Source: Perkinsus chesapeaki ATCC PRA-425
Taxonomy: Eukaryota > Protista > Perkinsozoa
Length of the DNA stretch: 64,000 nucleotides
Reading direction: 5' to 3'
NCBI GenBank assembly: GCA_013115145.1
Contig: JAAPAO010000025.1
Coordinates: forward strand, 61,687-125,686
The position numbers and the translations under genes are program-made. This document shows positions 26,850-38,100 of the stretch, one piece after another. How positions within the stretch are numbered: the stretch's first letter is position 1; every line of letters starts with the position of its first letter. The notes below the pieces were generated by a model. The model was not told the origin of the DNA. It worked only from the letters and a program-made list of their open reading frames with translations, and made no database searches.

Positions 26850-28450
26850 GCGGCAGTCCAGCTCGCCCGCCCGACCGCATTGCACTCTAAAGAATCTACG
26901 TCACAAAACCCGGTAGTCATCTCGACTTGGTCAACTACAGTAACCCTTATTATCATCCCGTTGAAGAACTTAACAATTAATATCATAATTATAACAACAT
27001 ATCGATAACTCCCTTGACAATATCCCATATCAGCAGTCATCACCGCTTTCTGAGTTATTCATTTTACGCGTCGTTTTTCAATATTTTCCTCTACCATATC
27101 TTCATTTTCGTCCGGTGTGAATGTTGTGGCTTTTCTGATGGAATGTTTTCCCTTGTTCAGTCTGTCTACAACCGAGTCGGCAGTGGCGGGCCAAAATAGC
27201 GCACTACAAAGAATGAAAGATACGCTTGTAAAGCTATCAGACTTCACTCAGGAACTCATCGATCGTTTTGTCAATCTTGGCAGTGAGGCAGGAGGTCGGA
27301 AGAATCTTTGTGTGAATGCGTGCAAATATTTTTTCAAGGTTCAACTCCGAGAAGTGGTGCTAATCTGACGTATATGGTGCGGACAGGCGGAGGGTATGAA
27401 CCGAAGGAATATACAACATTGAAGGTAATTGTAAATCGATTATCTGGGCGCGCGCTTTTTACAAGGCCGGTCAGGTTGGTGGTGAAGAAGGCGGGGTTGT
27501 GAGGATACCGGGGGTATTTGATGGTGGAGAGGAGAAGGACTCAGCGATTGATAGGTGAGATGGGTTGGTGGGGATGGAAGTGACGTTTGCCCAGTTGAAG
27601 TTGGTCGTTTGTCCAGAATCAGGGATTTGCTGGTGTTAAGCTATATATGTACATCAGGAATACACTAGATGGGAAGTTAGTCGCAGGCTCTCATTTGTGG
27701 TGAATTAGCTTTGCACGCTGACTCCCGGTTGGTAGTGGACGCATACTGTATGGAGTTTTACCGATTCCTGTGGTTGCTGGAGCTTCTCTTTTGTCAACCG
27801 TCAAACCTGTGGATCTCTCGGGACATTCTAGATACCTTGATCCAGACTTCTTCATAGTGCGACAGGTATCTTCAGCATGCCAGAAGTGTCATTGAGCGAG
27901 CAGCATCAGCATCAACTTCGAGGATGAGGAGCAGCAGCAGTGGTGGTAGGTTTCGGGTTCTTGGGTACGCTCCCGACCGCGCTTAATTGCCCATCCGAAA
28001 TAATCAAGTAGATTGAAGATCATCATCAGGTCGAGCACGGTCACGTTCTAGAGTGTATCGAACTCCACCGTCAAGGGAGCTTGTTCAGCCTAGAGGGGCA
28101 GCGGTGGGGACGCCAGTAGGGAAGGTCGTGGGTTCGATCCTCGGGAGTGTATTTTTAATTTAGGTTGGCGGACGGTATATTAGAGGAGTTGGCTTTGTAC
28201 ATACAAATTGACACATTTGACAAAGGTGTTCCTCATGCTATCAGCGACTGGCTTGAGTTTTGTGGCGCGCGGTCGGGGAGGTGGGGGGATTTGTATCTCT
28301 TTCAAAGGGACTCTTTGTAGTGAGGAATTTGGCTGTAAGATTTTTCGTATTTATCAATCTCGGTGGCGCTCAAGTTAACCTGGAAGATATCTTTTAAGTT
28401 TTCGCCTGTTATGTCCTCATCGACGTGTGTCCAGGACGATGGTCCAGTGA
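26850..28450 (+). CDS. Hypothetical multi-exon protein, boundaries approximate
   Basis: Exons such as MKDTLVKLSDFTQELIDRFVNLG, VVDAYCMEFYRFLWLLELLF and IELHRQGSLFSLEGQR|LADGILEELALYIQ (in-frame across intron 28104-28163). Confidence 0.55.
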
Positions 28451-28749
28451 GAGCAAATGGGATGAGGAACTATGTTGGAGAATCTGATGGAAAAAGTGAA
28501 AAAACGGGGAATGGCTTTTTAAGCGTGCAAATGCGCAATGGCTTTGTGTCGGTAAGACACCGGAAACCAAAATCAATGGTAGTGTGTTGTTATTACCAAA
28601 TCTACTCATTCATACTCTTTCTCCTTTCTACCGAACGGGTCAGGTTTTTTCCAGGATTGTTTGTTGGAAGCTGTTATTGGTCTGTAAGGGCTTGCCAAAT
28701 AAATACAAGATACTTCACTGACTTGATCTTTAATCTGATTTTTAAATGA

Positions 28750-31637
28750 CCGCACGCCATGAAATATATTTAGAATTTACGGTGAAGATACCTCAGGAGA
28801 GCTCGAGCGAGGATATAGACCCGACCGGTAGGTGACGTGGAAAGGGGACAAATTGCACAAAACTTGACGGGCGTTTTCGAGTGTTAGTTGGCTTGTCCTA
28901 GAAGTTCTTCGCTGAGACACGGTAAAAAATGGACGAGGGGTTTTTCCGAGAGAAAGTGTAACACTAGTACAGGCTGCCAGGGGAGTGACGGGAGTGGCGG
29001 TGGAAGAGCGTGGCGAAACGCGCGTACTCTGGTTGGATTTCATCTTAGTGGAGCAACGGGATTGTGTCGTCGAGTTTTAGGAGGAGTTTTTAAGAGGTCC
29101 CTAATAGGCGCAACTCAACCGTGAGAGCAATGCTCCCAGAGAATCAACTCTTCGGCACGGTTATCACTGATAGCATGTCAGTCCGATAGATTCAGATATG
29201 TTATGGAGATTTAGGTTGATGATTTCAAAAGATCCAACTTGAATCTTTTAACTTGTTTATTTTTTAGGTTGGATGTTGTGGCCTGCTGCTCGGTGTTTTG
29301 CTGATTATTTGTCACTGCGCCCCGAAATTGTACGCGATAAGGATGTGCTTGAACTGGGCAGCGGTAAGTCAGTCAATTTAAACACTTTGAGTTGACCAGG
29401 AAACGGTATAGAGTCTAGTGCTGTGTAGTGAAAGTGAAGTATCCTTTCACTTCACGGCACCGGTGAAACTCCAGTGTATTCGGTGAACCATGATTCTACC
29501 ATCGATTGAGAAGTGGCGAATCCTGGCAGCAACAAGCGTCCCTACCTCAGTCGATTGTCCACCAGAGCCTGTCGGAGAACTCCTAGGGCTAGTCTAGCTA
29601 ACTCTAAGAGTTAGCCGATGTGTGTGAGATTCCCACTGAGAGTCGCACACAATATATGATGATTAGGCGTACATTTTCCTCTCATCTTCGAGTAATCAGC
29701 AACCGGCAGCGCAACAAGGCTATGGTGGAAGAGCTTTCTTATATCGATACTCAAGTCTGTTAGAAGAGAATTCGGATAGTTGGAATCTATAAGCGTTCAG
29801 TTTGTATTCAAGAACAGCGCTACTCCCTTCCTGCCGGATTCGGGTTTGACTGGTATGACTATCGTAATGCCTGTCGTATGTCGTAAGTCGTGTGACTATG
29901 GCTGTCGTAATAGTACAGTTGTCGCGTACAAGCGCGGTGCATCGTCGGGTAGTAATGGACACTGTCCAATGAAGAGCATGACTTCACATTCCATCGAGGA
30001 TGGCTTATCTGCGCGGTAACAGAAGCAAAGATGCAAAATATAGATGCCACCTACAAGCTTACTGTGAGAATCGTGACTTGTGATTCACAAGTAAGATTAG
30101 CAAGATCGCAAGAATCTCTTGTCTAACACAAGTATCTTAAAGCTACTGTAAGCTTAGTGCAACTACGATTGTCTAAAGTAAACTCATAAACTTTGCTGTA
30201 TATATTTTTATTCCACAAGTCCTAATGCTAATTCGTTATCAATTCGTTAACTATAAGTTCAACGAGAGCCAAGTACAGCAACACTTACCTTAAAAGGCTT
30301 CCCCGTTCTTATGCTAGCGGTCAGTGACAGCAGAAACCAACAACCTTTTCAGGTTGGTATCCGGGACATATTTGGTCTGATAGACCAATATGACTTGGGA
30401 GTTTTAGTCTGTTACTTCTGTAACTTGCAGAATTGTTCTGGAATCTAAGATGGTAAATGACGAGTCGTCATTTACCATCTTACCGTCATTGACGGCGATT
30501 CACTAGTGGTTCACTAGCCAGATGGTTCTTCCACTTGAGATGTGAGTACTGCCTGGAAAAGTTTTTCACACATCGACATACCTCTGCGCCTGCTTCAACG
30601 GAGAGACCATAGACCCAGCCGCGCTGTTACATATGGACTTGTTCACATCTACCAATCAAACTACGGTGCTACTCCATTCAACCCAACGAGCTTCTCTACT
30701 ATCACGGAACTGCAGATTATCTAACTCAAACAACGTCGCGTAACGATTGTCTGCGGGAGACTGACTCAACTGGGCTGCTAACGCCTGTTACAGTGCCATA
30801 TTGTCTAAAGATATCATATATGTGCACAAGTGTGAGTCTTTCTACGTGTCCCGGACATGGTGTCCCTCAGTGCGTTGTGTTACGACACCGTGTATTTATT
30901 TGTTTGAAATTAGCAGGGAATTTAAATCGATTACATAGACGCGCCTAGATATATCAGCAGGCACTGGATTTGGTGGGATTGTGAGCTACCTGCTGGGTGC
31001 GAAATCTGTGATATTAACAGATCTCCCGGAAGGACTTGATCGATTGGATGAGAGCTGCCGATGTAATGGTTTGCGTGAGGTTGAGGAAATACAAGTAAGT
31101 TCAAGATTGCAAGATAAGTGTCATAACTCTGTAAGGTACGATCGTGTCCGTGGGGTGACATGCAGGCGGTTGAGAAGTTACCAAGGCAAAGATTCGACGT
31201 GATTCTTTGCTGCGAGGTGAGATCCCGGGATATCTTTTCTTGCATGAAATGCACGCTCGACGTAAAGATAGCTGCGTCTCAGGTCCTCTATAAACAAGGT
31301 GAAGAAGTTTATGAGGATCTGATGAAGACTATAAAGGCAACAGCAAAGCCTGGTGGAATTGTATTGGTGGTAAGAAGCGAATTTAATGGTGCGCGGGAAA
31401 TGTATCTGCCTTTGCTAATGATTTTAATTGGATCGAGAACTTGTAAGAAACGCGAAAAACGTTCCTGAGCTCTGATGTCGGTGTCTGGCAAGAAGTCCTG
31501 GCTAGGTTTACGAGTACCGTGGATCGATGCTGGAAGATCAGTACATGTTTGATCTTCTATTTGATGAGTATCCCGATGGTAGAATGGAAGTGTTGGAAGA
31601 AGGTGAAGATGACGACTGTGAAAGAAGATTATTGTGA
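28750..31637 (+). CDS. Methyltransf_16 (METTL21/EEF2KMT-like) SAM-dependent protein methyltransferase, 5' end uncertain
   Basis: Spliced DIDPTG|WMLWPAARCFADYLSLRPEIVRDKDVLELGS|GTGFGGIVSYLLGAKSVILTDL...FDVILCCEV...LMKTIKATAKPGGIVLV. Stop at 31635-31637. Confidence 0.85.
29364..30960. mobile_element. 1.6-kb intron expanded by inserted TE-like DNA
   Basis: About 20 times longer than neighbouring introns. Several hairpins. A minus-strand fragment GRKGVALFLNTN resembles the APE endonuclease of non-LTR elements. Confidence 0.5.
30446..30495. repeat. Perfect 18-bp palindrome plus a small hairpin
   Basis: TAAGATGGTAAATGACGA-G-TCGTCATTTACCATCTTA, then CCGTCA-T-TGACGG. Confidence 0.9.
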
Positions 31638-32220
31638 GGATGGGGCGCGCGAGAATTGTTGGTGCCTAAATTGGATCATAATTTTATTAGCTTGCCCAAA
31701 ATGTCTTCGGGAAAAAAGATTTGGACTCAACATGTAAAGATTTCAGGGTTGACTCTGAGTTTCGGGTCCTGGAGAATCCTCGTCGATAATTTTTATAACT
31801 TTTCCGAAAATTTTATCTTTTTTTGTCAGATACGTTTTTCCTGTTCCTCTCGACAGCTCAGCAGCAGCAACAACCACCAATTCGTAATGTGTTCAATTTA
31901 CCACATCATTGTGATGAATTCCTACGTCATCAAGGTTCTACTACGTTTCTCCTTCAGGGAAGATGAAAGTTTAGTTGGATCTTGCGATCTTGCTTCATCT
32001 CGCATTTCCTCAAATCATTGCTGACGAGAATATTGCTTGAACTTGTCCCAAGTCCGATTGACCTTCATAAGTGGATCTTGCAATCTTGCTCCATCTTGCA
32101 TTTACTTAACGCCGTTCAGTTCCTGTTGTTTTCTCCTAGTATATGTCAGTAGCAGCATCCGTAGCTAGTAAGAGCTTGCCTATTGAGAGTGCTGCAAGGT
32201 TGAGTGTGCTGCAGTCAAGG

Positions 32221-34774
32221 ATTAGAGGGATGATGTTGGGTGGAATCATTGGGGACTGTTTTGGGACAAGGTGACCTATTTTGTATCTTAGCTTCGATAG
32301 ATCCCCGGAAATTTTTTTTCACGGTTGGAATATCTTCCGGCTTCCCTGAGTTGAATTCTGTGATTTCCTTGTCGGATTGTCGTGGAATAGAAATTTTTCT
32401 GGCGATGCAGAAATCGCCGAAATTTTTTTCAATTTTTTTCCTCGGGGAAAAGTAAGACATGCCGCGCACGTGTATTCGAGCAGCGTGGTTCAAAGGAAAA
32501 TTTTACGACATTTTTCGGGAAGAGTGGTATGATTTCAACGTGGATTTTCGGGAAAAAACTTCTCTTCTTTTGGAGTCCTGTATTTTGAATCAGGTTCAAC
32601 GATGTTGGCGTTGGAGCGCTACCGATGATGGATGTTGCAGAATCTATGTCGTATCGTACTTTAGCGCCTGCCCTATCCAAGCTTTCGAATGGGAAATGGC
32701 TGTTCAGACTATCGTCCGATGGGTATATGGTAGGGATATCGACCCCTTGGGTATCTTGCACACTTCAAGCTTAGATGCTGGAAGCGACGAAGAATGTTCT
32801 TGATGGTGGTGACAGTAACAGTTTGAGGGAGAAGCTGGTTGGTTTGATGACCGACCCGAGCATGAACCATCTCAAATGGGGGTCTGGCATCACTTCAGTG
32901 AGCAATATCATAATCGATCAGATGATCGATTTGTGTCTCAGGTGCTCTCCGGCAATGCTCCCAAAGCCAGCGAGCTCCGCGGGAATACCGTGATGGTCAG
33001 AAGTCTGCCGGCTGCACTTTTCCCCGATGAGGAGTATGAAAATATTTTCTATCAGGTGAGAAAATTTTTTCCCTTGGAAAAATTTCCCACAAAAATTTCG
33101 CTTTTGATTACCTGCTTACCCTCCGAAATGGTCAGGGATTATGACTCGCGAAATAAGTCTAGCTTACCAGAAGTGAAATGGAAACTGATATGCACGATGA
33201 TGGTTTTCTGATGCCGAAAAGATAACGCATTTCCCGCTTAGTTGGCGGATGCTGTTCCTACTCATGAAGTGGCGAGAAAGAAGGCTAAGAGCTTGGCAGA
33301 TGCTTGCAAGGCTGCACTTAAGAGTGGAATATTCGATCCTACTATGATTAAGGATAAAGCGTAGGTGTTATGAATCTGACCTATTCGGTATCCTCCATGT
33401 TGTAACCAATCTCGCATCTTTCCATTCTAACCTATCTCGCATCTTTCCATTCTAACCTATCTCGCATCTTCCCATTCTAACCTATTTTGTACCTTCCCAT
33501 TCTAACCTATCTTCTATCTTCCCATTCTAACCTATTTTGTATCTTTTAGTACCGTCTCCGCCCTTCAACTTGCCACTCCAGCAAACTACGATGAAATTTC
33601 TATGAATCTTCAAAAGAGGCTGGCTGCTCGAGTAGGCATATTTCGTGGCGCGTGAGAAACGTATTACAATATCTTAGGTTGGTCAAAATGCCATGGCTAG
33701 CACTACTCTTCCTGTTGTCGCTTTTGCGATGAAGCAAGGTGAAGTCGGCGAGGAAGTTCACGGGAAAGACGAGTGAGTTTTTGTACATTGGAAAAGTATC
33801 GATGAGGACATTTCTGGAATTTGGACCTAGGTGTGAAAAATTTAGAAAAAACAACTTCGTCTGATCAACTGGGAGAAATCTGATGAATGTTAATTTCTGA
33901 TGTGGAGAAGCTTTATGAGGTCTCATATAACTTCTCGTACAAAGGCACAGTAGTTGACAAATAATTAATAATTTCTATGGCCCAATCCCGTTGTAGTTGA
34001 GAGAAACAATATTGAAGTTGCTTTGTTCCATCAATTGTACCTTTCTAACTTTTATGGTATTCCTTTTGTGATAGCTTGCCCTTATAGGGCTTATGCTGCT
34101 TTATTATTTCAATAATAGTTTCACGGACTTCTGCCGAGGATGGCTTGATGAGATTTACTGATTAGGACAACCGAGATGGGTGGCATATCTTTGGACCCTT
34201 CCATGTTCTCACCGAACATTCTCAACAGAAGTAACAGACTCGATCTTGCACAGGAGTTTTACGAAGAGACAGCAAATGCCAGCCCTACGTTTGGTCAAAA
34301 CGGTAAGCTGTTCGGCTTTCATTCTAAAAGTCGTTGGTTCGATCCCTGCATCGCTTATTTTTAGAAATGCATTTGATACTGAGTTGGGCTATCAGTTGTG
34401 GTGGCGACACTCGTACAAGTGGCTGCCTCGCTGGTGCCTTGGCCGGAGCGACGTAAGTTGGGAGAACTGAAATCGAGGTTCCTGGTTGTGGATCCGACTT
34501 TCCCGTCAACTTTCGCGGGAGGCCATTCAGCATAGGCTTAGTCTTCCGAACTTAATTCAATGGGTCCACTTCTACTATGCTTGCAAGGTACGGTGTGGAA
34601 CAGATTCCCAACGAGTGGATAGCGACTTGTGAGGGTTCCAAAGAAGCCATCGCAGTTGCCGACAGAGTCTTCGATGAGATATATCTAAATAATCCAATTT
34701 TGCTCGAATCGATCGTGCAATCGATTTCCGTGCCAGTTCGAGAGGTTCATGTTCCCGCGGATGGAACAGCATAA
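32221..34774 (+). CDS. ADP-ribosylglycohydrolase (ARH/DraG family), 5' end uncertain
   Basis: IRGMMLGGIIGDCFG, RGNTVMVRSLPAALF, WAISCGGDTRTSGCLAGALAGA, YGVEQIPNEW. Confidence 0.85.
33409..33547 (+). repeat. Intronic minisatellite, 25-bp unit, about 5.5 copies
   Basis: ATCTCGCATCTTTCCATTCTAACCT repeated with divergence. Confidence 0.9.
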
Positions 34775-35128
34775 AAAATGCAGTTTTTCCCGTCATTCGC
34801 CAGCGATTCTTTCGCTCAGCGCGCCGCGTAACCGGCGGCATGTTGAAAATCTTCACAGTGCGGCGCAAAGATACGGTATCTTAGATACCCTTCTCTACCA
34901 CCACTCACTTGTGTATAATGAGCATCATAGTCGCATTGTTCCTCTATTCCGTATGAATTCGGTCCGACCTATTTTGTATCTTATAATTTCGTGGCGCAGC
35001 GGTTTCTGCAGTTTGTGTGTTACTGTCACAAAAACAAGGTATATTTTCTACAGAATGATTCGTGTTGCGTTTGTCAATTCACAAAAAAGGCGGAGCGAAG
35101 TTTTCTTGACATTTTCGGATAATCGAAA

Positions 35129-38100
35129 ATGAACGAGTATGAATACATCTACACGAAGCTCAGGAAGGAATTCGGAAAGTGGGCGGAGCGAAGCGCTTCA
35201 TGTTTTACAGTTTTCGCAATGCTTTATCAGGTATTGCGCTTTTAGCGACACAGATCCAAAGATGCTGGCGTCAGTTGAGGGGAACCCGGATGCCATGAGC
35301 CAATATAGGTGAGAGTCTTGCCGTCTTACCGTGACTTGTAATTCCTCAACGGTATCCTAAGGTTGAGCATGCAGGATATATGGGTCGGATTGTTGCAGAT
35401 ACAAAAATCCATGCACATTAACATTCGACAACATTCCAGTTATGTCGGAGCATTCTGTTAATACTGACACAGTGAAGACAGGGAATAAAGGGCAGGTGAG
35501 CAGCGGGGAAGCCGACGAAAATTCCGGGAAAAATCTCCTCATCGTACAGGTTTTACGGTACAGTATGCGACAGCTGAAAACTCGGTGTGTGGACGGGCAA
35601 AAATTCCGACGAAAAAGGAGTTATAAAAAGCTGGATTTAGGGGCAGAGAAATATGAGTAATTCAATGGATAAGGAATTGGCTCGAAACCCTCCATGCTTA
35701 TCGAGATTTTTGCCAATCCACCCCGCGTTCGTAGATGTCGCGTACTGCGCCTCCTCCAGGGTAATCGAACAGTCGCCGGTTCGATTCCCAGAAGCGGTAT
35801 GTTGTGATGTTTAGTATCATTATTATTTAGGTTCACATTGAAGGAGGTTGGCCAAAAGAAGTGGACTATAGCGAAGCGCAGGACACTGCAAAGTGAGGAG
35901 GGTGTCTTCATTGGCTTTTCGAGCTTCCTGAAATGTGTTGATTATTATGGCATTCGATGAGGCCAGTTCGGACCTCACTTGGGTAAAGCTGATGGTATAT
36001 TGTCAGTCTTGGCTCGGTGAGCTATAGAAGGACAAAAAGTATTGTTAAACCCCAAGAAATGATTTTATTCTTTTTCTTCTCTTCAGAAGAACCTACGTCG
36101 AAATTTCTCCGCGCGCATACGTACTGTATTGCCTGACTGGTGAACAGCGATGTTACCCCAGTTGTGAGCAAATCAAGCCGGAAAGGCCGGCGCGCCTTGC
36201 TCTGGAATGGCATCGAATCCTCTCGAATGGAGGTTCACATTTTCCGCAAGTTCGTATCCTCGCTGCGTCAGTAATTCACCAAAAGTGAGATCTTGGAAAA
36301 TTGTGACCAACAGACGGCACGACCGAATGGTTAATTCCGTATGCGCAATAGAAGGATTTCCCAATCAAGGATTTTCCGGCCCGTTTGAAATTTCCGAATC
36401 TTTTCTAATTGATATATTCTTTTTCAGATGGAGAAAGCGTCTCGATAAAGATCCTCAGTTTGGCGCGGCGATGAAGTCTCTGTGTGGAGAGGTCGAGCAC
36501 TTCATCGCTCAGAACAGTAAGATCTCATTTCCGGAATCTTCACCAAAAATGGGTGCGCGTGCGAGTTGCACGTCCATCGTGGCGAACGAGATCTGGAAAT
36601 CGGCGTTGCTGTTCATTTTGGGGTTTTCTTCGAAGAAAAGAGAAGATTTTTGGAAAAAGAAAATTTAGGAAAAATTTTCAGGCACAATCGACATGTTCGA
36701 GGATTACTTCTCGGGCGAAGAAGTTCAACACCAAATGCAAACAATGTCGACCAGTACAGTTGCAGTGTTCCGCGATCAAAGTAACAAGAATAATATCAAA
36801 TCGATCACCTGATCGATTATGTCTCAGACGAAGAAGGCTATGGCAGAACTGTGTCGAGGATATCTTGGCATCCTGAGGGGGGCCATAAATTCATTGCCAG
36901 TTACTCGGTATTAACACGTTGTTTTAGATAGTTACGGATAGGTGGAGTTGTCAGGTTATGCAGTTCCAAAGGTTGGATGATCCTATTGGGCAATCAAGCT
37001 TCATTTGGGACGTAAGTTGGTCCAATTCAACCTCAAAAATATCTTCTTATTTTTCAAGGTTGAGAATCCTAACGTTCCTGTGGGAGAGCTCCTCCCTCCT
37101 TCCCCACTGATATGTACGCAAGTAAGTTCATTTCGAGGCGCGTGACGAATTGGCTAGCATTTCCGAATTGGAAGACCTCCACGGCTTTGAGACGTGAATT
37201 CTAAATGCATTTTGTTTACAAAAAACGGAGAAAAGATTCTCTGAAATTTTCCGGAAAATTTCAGTTTTTTTTTCAGTACCAAACAAGGAACCCCGATACC
37301 CTAGCTGGCGGGGCATATAACGGATTAGTCTTCTTCTTCGACGTTCGACAAGTAAGAGGGAATTCCAGGAAAAATGATAGAGAGATTTTTGAGCAAAAGA
37401 ATGGCCGACATCTTCATGCAGACATGGTTATCCTTCAGAGAGGTATTTTCTCTTTGACTGCTTGAGTGTGACAGATGAGAGTGAATCCGAAATCGTGGCA
37501 GAAATTTGCACCCCGATTCTTCCGAGAAAATTCATTCGTTAGCTACTTCTGTGACAACCAGAGATGAGAAGCTTGGTGGAGTGCTAGAAACGGTTTCGAT
37601 CATTCGCACTTGGGCGGGATATTTCACGACGAGCAAGATCGTCGTGTTCAGGCGACGAAGCCGGTGGGGAAATCTTCATTTGAGCATTCCCATCATGACC
37701 CGGTCTACGACTTCGTTTGGCTGCAGTCCAAGACTCACAGTAAGAATAGCGTAGTGGTTAGAGACTCGAGCTCCCTTGGAGAAGGTATCGAGTTCGATCC
37801 CTCCGTTTTGTACAGGTGAATGCGCGACAACTTCAACTGATGGAAGAGTGCTCTGGTGGGATGTTCGTAATTTGTCCGAGCCAACTGATGAAGTTATTCT
37901 TACGGACGGCAATCGAGAAAATCCAAAGCAGCTTGGTGAGCCGGGACGAACATGTTAGGGGGAAAATTAAAGTGAAGAAAATGAACTTGGAACTGATTTG
38001 CGCTTGGATCTTATCCGATTGAGGCAGTTGGTCAGTCCAGTTTTTTTGGCGGGGGTCTCTTCTCATGAGGAGGATAAAATAAATTTCTGAGGAAATTTTG

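Noticed and set aside
28340-28400. INLGGAQVNLEDIF read as a Cdc45-like motif
   Set aside because: No accompanying DHH-family motifs were found.
33409-33547. Possible CRISPR-like array
   Set aside because: The units abut without unique spacers, and the context is a eukaryotic intron.
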